Assembly (NCBI GenBank): GCA_002796325.1
Contig: PCXA01000006.1
Coordinates: forward strand, 70,578 to 134,577
Direction of reading: 5' to 3'
DNA from: Deltaproteobacteria bacterium CG11_big_fil_rev_8_21_14_0_20_47_16
GTDB taxonomy: Bacteria; UBA10199; GCA-002796325; 1-14-0-20-47-16
Length of the DNA: 64,000 bases
The translations under genes were made by a program, and so were the position numbers. Below the pieces are notes generated by a model that worked only from the letters and a program-made list of their open reading frames with translations, was not told the origin of the DNA and ran no database searches. Positions 48,020-57,782 of the stretch are shown here, one piece after another. Position 1 is the first letter of the stretch. Each line of letters starts with the position of its first letter.

Positions 48020-48982
48020 ATGCATTACCAAGCTAAAATTTTAGTCGTCGACGATAATAAAGTAAACGTGGAGCTCATCCGCGCCCAACTCAAGGCATTT
48101 CCATACGAAGTTATCCCTGCATACGATGGCGAAGACGCCCTCAAAAAAGTAGAAACACACAATCCTGATTTGGTTTTGCTGGATTTGATGATGCCCAAGG
48201 TCAGTGGCTACGAAGTATGCAAAGCCATTAAACAGAATATCAAAACACAATTTATTCCGGTCATTGTCATTACCGCTTTGCACGAACTGGATGACAAGCT
48301 CAAAGCCATCGAATTGGGTGCCGACGACTTTCTTGTAAAGCCATTCAACAAACTAGAACTCACCACACGCATCAAGTCACTCTTGCATGTCAAAACATTG
48401 CACGACGACTTGGATCACACTGAAAGCATTCTCTTTAGCCTTGCCAACGCACTGGAAGCCAAGGATGTCTATACACATGGTCACTCAGGGCGCGTGGCCA
48501 AATATGCCGTGTGCCTAGCCAAAGCGCTTACATTATCACCACGCGAAATCGAGCACATTCGTCGTGGCGCACTATTGCATGACATTGGAAAAATTGGAGT
48601 TAAAGAAGATGTCTTGCTCAAACCAGGCAAGCTCACTCCCGAAGAAATGGAACATATCAAGAGCCACGCCATTCGTGGTTACGATATTTGCGTGCCACTC
48701 AAATCGTTGCACGATGTGCTGCCCTGCATTCGTTGCCACCATGAGCGCTACGATGGAAGCGGCTATCCGGATGCACTTATAGGTGATAACATCCCTCTCA
48801 AAGGTCAAATCACTGCTATCGCCGATGCATTTGACGCCATGACCAGTGACCGACCATACCGTAAAGGCTTTACTCAAGATATTGCTGCCAAAATTCTAGA
48901 AGATGAAATTTCGAGTGGTCAGTGGAACCCTGCCATTGTTCGCGTTTTCCTGGATCTTATCAAACGCAATTTTAATATTTAA
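48020..48982 (+). CDS. Response regulator with HD-GYP phosphodiesterase domain (RpfG-like)
   Basis: The receiver domain has ILVVDD...D(54)LMMP. The HD-GYP motifs are HDIGKIGV and HHERYDGSGYP. The start is taken at MHYQAK. Confidence 0.85.
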   Translation: MHYQAKILVVDDNKVNVELIRAQLKAFPYEVIPAYDGEDALKKVETHNPDLVLLDLMMPKVSGYEVCKAIKQNIKTQFIPVIVITALHELDDKLKAIELGADDFLVKPFNKLELTTRIKSLLHVKTLHDDLDHTESILFSLANALEAKDVYTHGHSGRVAKYAVCLAKALTLSPREIEHIRRGALLHDIGKIGVKEDVLLKPGKLTPEEMEHIKSHAIRGYDICVPLKSLHDVLPCIRCHHERYDGSGYPDALIGDNIPLKGQITAIADAFDAMTSDRPYRKGFTQDIAAKILEDEISSGQWNPAIVRVFLDLIKRNFNI

Positions 48983-48988
48983 TATCAT

Positions 48989-50311
48989 CTAACGACGTGC
49001 AGCTTCCCGCAATCGTTCTTCAAATCGCTCCCGAAGACTAGTCGTTACAACTACCGGCAAATGACGACTTAATTTTCCAACACCCTCAAATCCCACTTCA
49101 CGACGAATTGCCATAGACAAAACAAAGTGCTGCCCCGGATCATGGATAGCCGCCTCTATCTCTGACATTGGCACATGTAGTCGCAGCGATAAGTGGCGCA
49201 CAAGCTCCATTGCGCCACGGGGATTATTGACGGGTGGATAGTGTGTAAAAGGCCCGCGCCACTCATTAACCGTTGTCACGCGCATCCTAACATCTTCCCT
49301 TAGCAAATCAATTGCGTGCTCTGCTTGCTCCAGAAAACGATCCACACGACCAGGCAACGCAGATCCAGGAACCCAAGCAACACCTGTCTGCAACAAAAGA
49401 TTGGCCATTTTGACATTATAAACAACCAGTGGACGCGGATCTACAGGGGCATAACGACTCAAGACATCGGCAATTACTTGATAGTGAGATGGCATGGGGT
49501 CGCCCACCCATTCAACAGATGCCGACAATCCACTATCCAACAACCCCATCCCTGCAGCCTTCTCCAATACCAGAGAACGACTCGTCACAACATCCCCATT
49601 GCGCCATCGGATATCAAGAGTCTCCGCATAACGCTGGGCAATTTGATCAAAATAACTGAGATCCCGAAGTACAAAATTGATTAATAGTGCATCTACAAGC
49701 AAATATGGGTTCTTCAAACGATCCCCAAATATATCAAGCGTATGTACAGCCTCTATTAAAAGTCGAACAAACAAATCCTTATGCCCCAACAATAGGGCAT
49801 ACGCAGCTGCATACATCTTGTGATTCACAGACATGAGAAAATCATCGTGACCATGTGCATAGTAATCCGAGATTGATCGATGTGTTGTTTCAAGTTGTCC
49901 CAGAACAGACCGAAGATCATTGGTATCTTGTCGTGTCATCAGCAGCACATCACGCCCCATTGCAAAGGCCTGAACTGCCAATGGGAGTGCTTCAAGATCA
50001 TTCGACATACCGTTCAAAACAAACTCGCCAACCAAACCCAATCCCCCTACAATCATTTTTGGGAGTGGCGTCTCTAAAATACTCAACCCACGCCCACCAG
50101 CCTTACGGGCAGCATGAGCTTCGCGAAACAATCCCGTTCGCATTTCTGGAATATTCGTGAGCAGCGCCTGAAGTTGGGCATACCTCTGCCAATGACTGGC
50201 TGCATTGTCATGGAGATGGGCTTTATCCGCGGCAACCGCCTCACCGTACACAAACCCAGCAATGCCTCGAGCCAGTTCTTGCAAACGTTCTGGTATTGTT
50301 AATACACTCAT
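48989..50311 (-). CDS. Hypothetical alpha-helical protein (440 aa), paralogue of the upstream gene
   Basis: It shares collinear similarity with the 50321-51664 product, for example the C-terminal RFEERLREAARR versus RFKETWEHARR, and AAYALLLGHKDLFVRLL versus AAYFYALEQADLFVQGL. Confidence 0.5.
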   Translation of the reverse strand: MSVLTIPERLQELARGIAGFVYGEAVAADKAHLHDNAASHWQRYAQLQALLTNIPEMRTGLFREAHAARKAGGRGLSILETPLPKMIVGGLGLVGEFVLNGMSNDLEALPLAVQAFAMGRDVLLMTRQDTNDLRSVLGQLETTHRSISDYYAHGHDDFLMSVNHKMYAAAYALLLGHKDLFVRLLIEAVHTLDIFGDRLKNPYLLVDALLINFVLRDLSYFDQIAQRYAETLDIRWRNGDVVTSRSLVLEKAAGMGLLDSGLSASVEWVGDPMPSHYQVIADVLSRYAPVDPRPLVVYNVKMANLLLQTGVAWVPGSALPGRVDRFLEQAEHAIDLLREDVRMRVTTVNEWRGPFTHYPPVNNPRGAMELVRHLSLRLHVPMSEIEAAIHDPGQHFVLSMAIRREVGFEGVGKLSRHLPVVVTTSLRERFEERLREAARR

Positions 50312-50320
50312 AAAAGTAAT

Positions 50321-51664
50321 TTAGCGCCTGGCGTGTTCCCATGTTTCTTTGAAACGCATATGTAGTTCCGGCAGACGCACCGCCGGCAATTCTGCCCGCA
50401 ATTGACGATACTGCTCTCGTGTTACCAATTGTTGAAGTTTAATATCCAAAAAACCACCATCGGGACGCAACAATGCAATTTCAACATCAGTTGGCATGAC
50501 GTTCAAACGAAAAGATATCATACGTACCAAACGCATTGCATCAACCGGTCTCGACACCACAAGCCGTCGGATCTCACGGACAGACACTCGATAATCGGAT
50601 GGATAAACCATAATCTGTCGCTGAGCAACAGTATGCGCATCATTCGCCAAATATAAAAATTCGGTCACACGCCTGGCCAATTGAGAATGACGATTCATCG
50701 TCTTCACTTTTCGAAGTATAAAATCGACTTGATCCATTGCATAGATCAGCGTGGGAATTGGATTGATGTCAATCATCTGACACAAAACTGCCATCACAAT
50801 CGCATTCCAACTGGGCGACACCCCACCACGCCACTCCTGCGCCACTGTTTTTAATTGTGTATCAAATAATCCATACTCAGCCATCAGTGCATATAATCGA
50901 TCACGGCTCTCTTGGCGGAAAAACTCATTTGGTACATCTTCATCAGGCTCCAACATACTCGTCACGATCGACAACTGATTCAAAGTACATACTGCATCAA
51001 GGGACTGGCGGGCTTTCCCTTGAGCCTCTTGCAGTCGCAACAAACCAGCCGTTGATTTGTTTAGGCCCTGGACAAACAAATCGGCCTGTTCAAGTGCATA
51101 AAAATATGCCGCAGAAAACATTGCATGTTTAGTGGCATTACGCACACCAGCAATAGAATCATCCAGAGCATAAATGCTTGTCAGTTTCTCGTGAGCCAGT
51201 CCAATTTTAAAATTGACCTCATAAACTGCATCTTCGGATGGATTAATTGCTTGCATGACATCACGCGCCAAAAGCAGTGTTCGTAACGCATGCCGTACAA
51301 CCGCAATATCGTTGTCACCACTGGTCTCAAGAAGCATCTTACCTAAAAAGAAAATGGCATCCGCCAGTACTTGTTCGGTGGGAACCTCCGTTGTCCAGCG
51401 CGCATCTTCATCATTGTAATCAGCCGTTTGGGGATGGCGCATCATTTGTGCAGCTCGAAACAGTGCTTGTCGCGAATCACTAACATTCCCCGTAATCGCT
51501 GTCATACGCGCAACGGTCAACCAAGATGCCACTTGCAAGCTGGGGTCTGAAATGGTTGGCTCTTGCAGCTCTTGCTTAGCGCGCAAGTGTAGTCCATCCG
51601 CATATTTTCTAATGAATGGTGGAATCGATATTTGAAACGGGGATAGTTGATTAGGGGCAGCCAT
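50321..51664 (-). CDS. Hypothetical alpha-helical protein (447 aa), tandem paralogue
   Basis: See the paralogue at 48989-50311. No motif is recognisable. Confidence 0.5.
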   Translation of the reverse strand: MAAPNQLSPFQISIPPFIRKYADGLHLRAKQELQEPTISDPSLQVASWLTVARMTAITGNVSDSRQALFRAAQMMRHPQTADYNDEDARWTTEVPTEQVLADAIFFLGKMLLETSGDNDIAVVRHALRTLLLARDVMQAINPSEDAVYEVNFKIGLAHEKLTSIYALDDSIAGVRNATKHAMFSAAYFYALEQADLFVQGLNKSTAGLLRLQEAQGKARQSLDAVCTLNQLSIVTSMLEPDEDVPNEFFRQESRDRLYALMAEYGLFDTQLKTVAQEWRGGVSPSWNAIVMAVLCQMIDINPIPTLIYAMDQVDFILRKVKTMNRHSQLARRVTEFLYLANDAHTVAQRQIMVYPSDYRVSVREIRRLVVSRPVDAMRLVRMISFRLNVMPTDVEIALLRPDGGFLDIKLQQLVTREQYRQLRAELPAVRLPELHMRFKETWEHARR

Positions 51665-51669
51665 AAAAG

Positions 51670-53034
51670 TTACCGGCTGGCCGCACCAGCAAGCGCACCT
51701 GCAAAGCCCATTCTAGCCACGACCACGCCCACCAATTCACCGCCGATTAAGGAATCTATCCCTGCAGCGACTGCCAACTCAGGCCCTACAATGGCACCGA
51801 CAGCAATCACACCACCTGCAATAAAAACAAGATCCAGATAACCTTTGCCGCCCTTCATTTCGGGATCGCCAATTTCGGCATTCGTACGGCGGCCGCTTTC
51901 CACAGCAAGATCCACCGCAACAAACTCGTCAGGTAATGGAGTTTCTGGGGCATCTGCAGCAGCTGGCGCTTCCTCATTTTTTGGTGCAGCAGTAGCAGCA
52001 GCTGCTGCTGTAGCTTCTGCAATATGTGCCATGAAACCATGACCACCTGTCATTGGAGTATCATTGGGTGGATCTTTGCGAAAAATTGCCTTAATACCTT
52101 CCACAATTTTGTGCACAGTTTGAATTGGATGAGTAATCAAGCGCACGTCACGAATGAAGAGGTCACCTCCACCACGCAACGCCCACCCGAATGAAATACG
52201 CCCCACACTCAAAGCTGTGAGCAACAGGCCAACGCCAACTTTTAACTGCTTTTCTAATGGGTATTGGAAAAATACTTCCAACGCATTGGGATCTTGCAAA
52301 ATATGTGTACGGACTGCATCCACCTGATAGGTCAAATTCTGAATACCATGGTACGCTTCAATTTGACCGTCCAACTTCAAGGCATTCGCAACTGCGATCA
52401 GAACACCATACAGACGCATCATCGACTCAAGGTCTTTACTAAAATAGTATGTACCCCGCGGCCCTCTACGAAAAATGTCACTCTCATCGGAATCACCCAC
52501 AGTCCAACGAATCTGTGCGACCAGATGTTCCGTCAATGCATCTGAAATAATTTCCCAACCAGATTGGGGATCCCCATTCATCTCCTTGGGTGGACTCTTT
52601 TCAAAATACGCAATAGATGTTTCTTTACGCACATGGCTTCCGCCCCAATAACGATCATCGACGACGATGACCTTGTCTGCGATCTCACTATCAGATCGTA
52701 ATCGTGGATGCGGAAACGCAATTGGCAATTGAGGCAACGTCACTGCTGGTGCAACTTGAGACTGAGGATGTGGATTCACAATCCCGGCCAGAAGGGTATT
52801 TAAGAATGGCATTGCATCTTTTTGAGCATAGATTTTACCATCCTTGGTATCCTGACAGACAAACCGTGAACTTTGTGGATCCATCTGACCCAACAGATCT
52901 GGCGTCACAATCGTCAAAAATGGCGTCTTACCATCGGGCCCTGGAAAGGCAATCATGGGAAATTCTTGAAACTGCTCAGGAATAGGTGTCGGACAGGATT
53001 GTACAGGTGTTATTGGTTTGTCGTTACTTCCCAT
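51670..53034 (-). CDS. Hypothetical protein (454 aa) with an Ala/Pro-rich linker and a C-terminal glycine-zipper hydrophobic domain
   Basis: The C-terminus is GYLDLVFIAGGVIAVGAIVGPELAVAAGIDSLIGGELVGVVVARMGFAGALAGAASR, with GxxxG/A zipper repeats. There is no N-terminal signal peptide. Confidence 0.5.
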   Translation of the reverse strand: MGSNDKPITPVQSCPTPIPEQFQEFPMIAFPGPDGKTPFLTIVTPDLLGQMDPQSSRFVCQDTKDGKIYAQKDAMPFLNTLLAGIVNPHPQSQVAPAVTLPQLPIAFPHPRLRSDSEIADKVIVVDDRYWGGSHVRKETSIAYFEKSPPKEMNGDPQSGWEIISDALTEHLVAQIRWTVGDSDESDIFRRGPRGTYYFSKDLESMMRLYGVLIAVANALKLDGQIEAYHGIQNLTYQVDAVRTHILQDPNALEVFFQYPLEKQLKVGVGLLLTALSVGRISFGWALRGGGDLFIRDVRLITHPIQTVHKIVEGIKAIFRKDPPNDTPMTGGHGFMAHIAEATAAAAATAAPKNEEAPAAADAPETPLPDEFVAVDLAVESGRRTNAEIGDPEMKGGKGYLDLVFIAGGVIAVGAIVGPELAVAAGIDSLIGGELVGVVVARMGFAGALAGAASR

Positions 53035-53198
53035 GGGCTAAGCCTCCTCTTACAAGATATATTGAATTATCGGCATTCTCGCCAAAAAGTTGCGTCAATG
53101 TAGGACAAATAGGCGAATTAAAAGAACATTAATCTTAGAAATCTTTGACATTCACAGAAAAGTCACCGATAATTGGGCCCTACCCAAAGGAAAATAAC

Positions 53199-54623
53199 AT
53201 GAGTAACCACGCAAAAATGATCTGCACCATCGGACCCGCCACCAATACCCCCATACGCATTCGACAGCTAATCCAGTCTGGAATGAGGGTTGCGCGACTT
53301 AACTTTTCACATGCTGCCCATGCAGACCATGCCAAAGTGATTCGCATTGTGCGCGAGGAAAGCAATAAACTTAAAGTCCCTGTAGCCATTTTGCAGGACT
53401 TGCAAGGACCCAAAATTCGTCTCGGTAAAATCGCCGAAGGCACTCATACCCTTCGCCCCGGTGATACTTTTATTTTAACGACACACAACCTCATTGGTAA
53501 TCGTCAGATTGCATCGGTCACCTATAAAAAATTAGCGGATGAAGTCAGCGCAGGCGATACCATTTTTATGAGTGACGGCATCATGGAGCTCAAAGTAACG
53601 CGTGTTCGCAGAACCGATGTTTACTGCAAGGTTATTCAGGGTGGTATTATTGGATCTCACATGGGACTCAACCTGCCCAATACGCGCCTATCCACGCCAT
53701 CCATGACTGCCAAAGATAAACGTGACCTGGCCTTCGGCATTAAAATGAAGGTGGATTATGTTGCACTTTCATTTGTACGCGACGCATCAGATGTCATCCG
53801 TTTACGCAAGATGATCAAAAAACTACATGGCTCAGCACGTATCATTGCAAAACTTGAATTGGCCATGGCCGTTTCAGCTGAACATTTGGATCCCATTATT
53901 GAAGCAGCAGACGCAGTAATGATTGCCCGTGGCGATCTGGGTGTAGAACTACCATTAGAAGAAGTACCAATGTCTCAAAAGACCATTATTCAACACGCCT
54001 TTACCCTGGCAAAGCCGGTCATCGTTGCAACACAGATGCTGGAAAGCATGACGATTCATCCGCGCCCTACCCGCGCAGAAGTCTCAGACGTTGCCAACGC
54101 TATTTTTGATGGTGCCGATGCTGTTATGCTTTCGGGTGAAACCGCACGTGGCAAACACCCACTACAAGCTGCCCGCACGATGGTTCGCATTGTTGAGCGA
54201 ACAGAACGAGCCATTGCACGCCGCCATACATCCACATTGGAGCACTTACCTGAAACAGCACCTGTCACAGAACACTTGTGCTATTCAGCATCTATTTTGG
54301 CACAACACTTGGGAGTGAAGGCCATTGTGGCTTTCACAGAAAGTGGCACAACCGCACGTTACATCTCAAAATTTCATCCACGTGTTCCCATTTATGTGCT
54401 CAGCCCAAAACACCATGTCGTGAATCAATCCCAATTATTCTGGGGTGCTCAATCCATGTTCTTCCGACGCGGTCGCCATAGTGAAGCGCTCATTCGTCGT
54501 ATGGAACATTTATTACTATCTAAAAAATTGGTGTCCCATGGTGATCGCATCATCATGCTTTTGGGTATGCCGCTTTCCAGCCACGGCCCAACCAACACCA
54601 TCAAAATACACACCATTCACTAA
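53199..54623 (+). CDS. pyk: Pyruvate kinase
   Basis: Pyruvate kinase barrel motifs are present (KMICTIGPA, RLNFSHG and the MIARGDLGVELP active site). A ribosome-binding site (AAAGGA) precedes it. Length is about 474 aa. Confidence 0.9.
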   Translation: MSNHAKMICTIGPATNTPIRIRQLIQSGMRVARLNFSHAAHADHAKVIRIVREESNKLKVPVAILQDLQGPKIRLGKIAEGTHTLRPGDTFILTTHNLIGNRQIASVTYKKLADEVSAGDTIFMSDGIMELKVTRVRRTDVYCKVIQGGIIGSHMGLNLPNTRLSTPSMTAKDKRDLAFGIKMKVDYVALSFVRDASDVIRLRKMIKKLHGSARIIAKLELAMAVSAEHLDPIIEAADAVMIARGDLGVELPLEEVPMSQKTIIQHAFTLAKPVIVATQMLESMTIHPRPTRAEVSDVANAIFDGADAVMLSGETARGKHPLQAARTMVRIVERTERAIARRHTSTLEHLPETAPVTEHLCYSASILAQHLGVKAIVAFTESGTTARYISKFHPRVPIYVLSPKHHVVNQSQLFWGAQSMFFRRGRHSEALIRRMEHLLLSKKLVSHGDRIIMLLGMPLSSHGPTNTIKIHTIH

Positions 54624-54627
54624 TTCT

Positions 54628-54690
54628 TTGATTTTAAATGCAAAGAGCCCTGCACCTGAGGTGTGAGACACCTGCTACAGTGCAAGGCCG
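54628..54690. terminator. Terminator hairpin of the GGTGTGGGACACC-core repeat family (copy C), shared by convergent pyk and the 54675-55379 gene
   Basis: The sequence is TTGATTTTAAATGCAAAGAGCCCTGCACCTGAGGTGTGAGACACCTGCTACAGTGCAAGG. It forms an imperfect long hairpin. On the minus strand it is followed by a U-rich tract (CTCTTTGCATTT). Confidence 0.6.
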
Positions 54691-55379
54691 ACGCGCAACA
54701 CAACTGCCGCTGCGGCATCACCAAATGGCAAGGGGCCATCTGCAATTGCGAGAGCACCTGCTACGGCAACAAACCCAACAATGGGCCAAATAGAGGGCGC
54801 GAGTGATGGCGCATGATAATGTGGCGATGGCTGCACGCGAAACACCGCCGTCTTCACTGCAAACTTAACTGCCACTGTCAGTGCTGCAATCTCATCCAAT
54901 GAGTGGGCACACAGCGCAAGACCGGTTGATGCAACTTGATCTGTTGCTGTTTGCACCAAGGCTTTCCCTTGAACAGTCATCCATTGCCCCATGCGAGATG
55001 GCATATGGGCTGACCATCGAATCAATTGATGTCCCAGGGATTCCAAAAAAACACCCATATAGCGATCGCCCACAAACTTCGTTGTCACCAACATACCGCC
55101 AAGTGTAGCGGAATGTGCGACTTCATAATTATCATGTGTATACAAACCATAGACCGCCTTACCTCCGGTAATACCCAGACCCACATAATACATGGCGCGC
55201 ATACCATCGCGCATAACCCAACAAGTAGCGCCCTTAATGCGTGGAAATCGATTTTGATTCATTGCGAGGGGACCGAGAGTTGTAACAAGCGCAAAGGTCC
55301 CTACTGTCCAAGGATTGGCAACCACGTCCAACAGTGCATCAGTAATACCTTCTCTGATGGGGTAGCGAGTTACTTCCAC
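54675..55379 (-). CDS. Hypothetical protein (234 aa)
   Basis: A long ORF with an Ala/Gly-rich C-terminus. I recognise no motif. Confidence 0.4.
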   Translation of the reverse strand: MEVTRYPIREGITDALLDVVANPWTVGTFALVTTLGPLAMNQNRFPRIKGATCWVMRDGMRAMYYVGLGITGGKAVYGLYTHDNYEVAHSATLGGMLVTTKFVGDRYMGVFLESLGHQLIRWSAHMPSRMGQWMTVQGKALVQTATDQVASTGLALCAHSLDEIAALTVAVKFAVKTAVFRVQPSPHYHAPSLAPSIWPIVGFVAVAGALAIADGPLPFGDAAAAVVLRVGLAL

Positions 55380-55702
55380 AGGACTTCAGACGGTTGGCCC
55401 AAACGCCCATTAACCACGGGGTATACCACTGAATACAATCCATGAATCGCCCAACCAACCTTAGTGATTTTGCGCCACTGCACAATGGCATCGTTCAGTT
55501 GTTCCTGGGAAGGTTGGGTTGTCTCTGATGAGACACAAATTGTCTGGGTAATTTCTTCTGCGCTACAGCGCGCAACGCGGATCCCCCCCCGATAGCGATG
55601 TGTACATTCCGAAACAGATTTTGTGGCTTCCATGCAACGATCCATAACAATGCCCTCCATTGGCTTGGGGGGCCTGCTATGATCTTTAAGGGTTACTGTC
55701 AA
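55370..55702 (-). CDS. Small hypothetical Cys-containing protein; contains a G8/C8 homopolymer tract
   Basis: The track gives 110 aa. The likely start is an internal Met. A C8 run at 55583-55590 encodes RGG. Confidence 0.3.
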   Translation of the reverse strand: MTVTLKDHSRPPKPMEGIVMDRCMEATKSVSECTHRYRGGIRVARCSAEEITQTICVSSETTQPSQEQLNDAIVQWRKITKVGWAIHGLYSVVYPVVNGRLGQPSEVLWK

Positions 55703-55724
55703 TAATAATTTAGGGTGCCCTAAA

Positions 55725-57047
55725 CTATCTTAAAGGGTCGCCTGTGATGCCTGCATAAATGATCTTGGCAATCTTGAACTTGTGCTCGTAGCTCGTTTTG
55801 GGGTCATTCACCATAATCACAAACGACACATCTCCACCGCCAGGTGCTTGAAAAAAGCCCACAAATGACGACACATCTGCTAATGTTCCCGTCTTGGCTT
55901 GAAAGACACGTTCTTTGGTTGGTAACAATGATTGGTAGGGTTTAAAGTAATTAAGCAGCCTCATCATATCCATTGCCGTCACATACGTGTGGCGCGACAA
56001 ACCCGATCCTTCTGCGACGGTAAAATTTTTCCAACCCACACTTTGCTTGAGAAATGCCGTCTCTGCATTTACTGACTTTGCAATGGTCGCTGGCGCGCCC
56101 ATTTGAGCTGCTCCCGTTGCCAAGAAAAGTTGATTGGCCGTAAAGTTATTTGAAAACTCCAACATCCCAATAATAATACCCCTCAAACTGTTACTGGATA
56201 AATGATGATAAATGGGCTGCATCCCAGCAGGTACTTTGCCGGACACAATATCACCCGATGTGGCAATCCCTGCCTGCTGCAAAAAGGCAGCGATCATTTC
56301 GCCCGAAAAGCGCAATAGCTCCTGAGGATTTTTCGCAATATCCAGATTGTATGTGCCTGCGCGCAAATGCGCCGCACGCTCTTCCACAATAGGTACCAGC
56401 GGCGTCATAGGATCTGCTGAACTCACCCGACGATGCTTGCCACGCCCCGTCACGCGTACCGCAGCGGTATTAAAGTTCACAATAAGCGCACCATTATCCG
56501 CATCAAATGGATTACTGCGACCATTAAAACCACTCACATCAATATTGAGATTAGAAGCAAAGTAACTGGCATCCAGGCGGATCTTGGTGACTTTTTTAAC
56601 ACCCAAACGCTTAAGTTGTGCTGCAATACGCACCAAGTCTTCTGATGTTAATGATGGATCCCCATATCCCTTCACCGTCAGCACACCATCCGATGTCCAA
56701 TAGAAGTCTGTTGGGAAATGGTAATCCGGCCCCAACACTTTAAGCGCCCATGCAGCTGTCGCTACTTTAATAGTAGAGGCTGGCATGCGTGGAATATCCG
56801 CATCATGTGACAATAAGACACGGCCTTGGGCATCAATGACCAAGAGACTGCCATTCCCCATCACCTGCACAGCTGCCTCACGCCAATCTTCCGGTAATGG
56901 GGGCTCTTTTACCCGCGATGCACGCCGAGACGCGTGCTTCTTTTTCACATAATGACTGTGGTGCTTAGTGGATTTACTATGAGGCTTGGCGTGAACTACA
57001 GGCGTAATAATTAAGAGTATTCCCAAACAAATCAGTAATTTTTTCAT
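55725..57047 (-). CDS. dacB: D-alanyl-D-alanine carboxypeptidase/endopeptidase (PBP4 family, peptidase S13)
   Basis: A signal peptide (MKKLLICLGILLIITPVVHA) is followed by the SxxK active site (PASTIKVATA). The S13 PBP4 layout spans 440 aa. Confidence 0.8.
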   Translation of the reverse strand: MKKLLICLGILLIITPVVHAKPHSKSTKHHSHYVKKKHASRRASRVKEPPLPEDWREAAVQVMGNGSLLVIDAQGRVLLSHDADIPRMPASTIKVATAAWALKVLGPDYHFPTDFYWTSDGVLTVKGYGDPSLTSEDLVRIAAQLKRLGVKKVTKIRLDASYFASNLNIDVSGFNGRSNPFDADNGALIVNFNTAAVRVTGRGKHRRVSSADPMTPLVPIVEERAAHLRAGTYNLDIAKNPQELLRFSGEMIAAFLQQAGIATSGDIVSGKVPAGMQPIYHHLSSNSLRGIIIGMLEFSNNFTANQLFLATGAAQMGAPATIAKSVNAETAFLKQSVGWKNFTVAEGSGLSRHTYVTAMDMMRLLNYFKPYQSLLPTKERVFQAKTGTLADVSSFVGFFQAPGGGDVSFVIMVNDPKTSYEHKFKIAKIIYAGITGDPLR

Positions 57048-57150
57048 TTTTGCATTATGCGGATGCAGTCAGCACAGGTCAAGAAAAACAAAATAACCAA
57101 TAAAAATCAAATACTTAAAACTCTCACTCCCAACACCCCCTGCATCACAA

Positions 57151-57179
57151 TTGACAAGTGAACGATCGTTCACCATAAT
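57151..57179 (+). promoter_or_regulatory. lexA promoter with embedded LexA (SOS) box of the GAAC-N4-GTTC type
   Basis: The -35 element is TTGACA (57151-57156). The -10 element is CATAAT (57174-57179). Between them lies the perfect palindrome GTGAACGATCGTTCAC (57158-57173). The ATG is only about 7 nt downstream of the -10 element, so the transcript is leaderless or has a very short leader. Confidence 0.75.
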
Positions 57180-57185
57180 GTAATT

Positions 57186-57773
57186 ATGAAAATGGAGACC
57201 CACAATATCCCCCCTGAAGTGATCAACAGCCTCCGCAACTTTTATCACGCTCACGGACGTGCGCCGTCATTTGCAGAGCTTGCCAAGCTAGCGGGATATG
57301 CCTCCAAAAATGCTGCGTTTCGTTTGGTCAATAAACTTGTTGATGCTGGAATCGTTGAAAAAGATGCGAGCGGTCGCATCCGGCTACGCGGGAACCGGCT
57401 TGGACTTCCCCTCCTTGGTTATGTCCAGGCTGGTTTTCCCACGCCCGCCGAAGAAGATCTTTTAGATACCATTTCACTCGATGATTTTTTAATTCGCAAG
57501 CCCCAGGCCAGCTTCATGCTCAAGGTCAGCGGTGATTCTATGATTGATGCCGGTATTCAGCCCGGCGACATGGTCATCATTGAACGTGGCACGGCCTACA
57601 AACATGGCGATATCGTTCTTGCACAGGTCGATAATGATTGGACACTCAAGTACTACGAACGTCGTGGCAACCAGGTTGTTTTGGTACCTGCCAACAAAAA
57701 CTACCCTGAAATTTTTGCCAAACAAGAACTCAAGATTGAAGGCGTTGTTCGCAGTGTCATGCGTCGCTACTAA
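57186..57773 (+). CDS. lexA: LexA repressor
   Basis: An N-terminal winged helix-turn-helix is followed by the S24 peptidase catalytic Ser (KVSGDSM). The predicted Ala-Gly autocleavage site is in GYVQAGFP, and the catalytic Lys of the Ser-Lys dyad lies in DWTLKYY. Confidence 0.9.
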   Translation: MKMETHNIPPEVINSLRNFYHAHGRAPSFAELAKLAGYASKNAAFRLVNKLVDAGIVEKDASGRIRLRGNRLGLPLLGYVQAGFPTPAEEDLLDTISLDDFLIRKPQASFMLKVSGDSMIDAGIQPGDMVIIERGTAYKHGDIVLAQVDNDWTLKYYERRGNQVVLVPANKNYPEIFAKQELKIEGVVRSVMRRY

Positions 57774-57782
57774 GGAGGCTTT

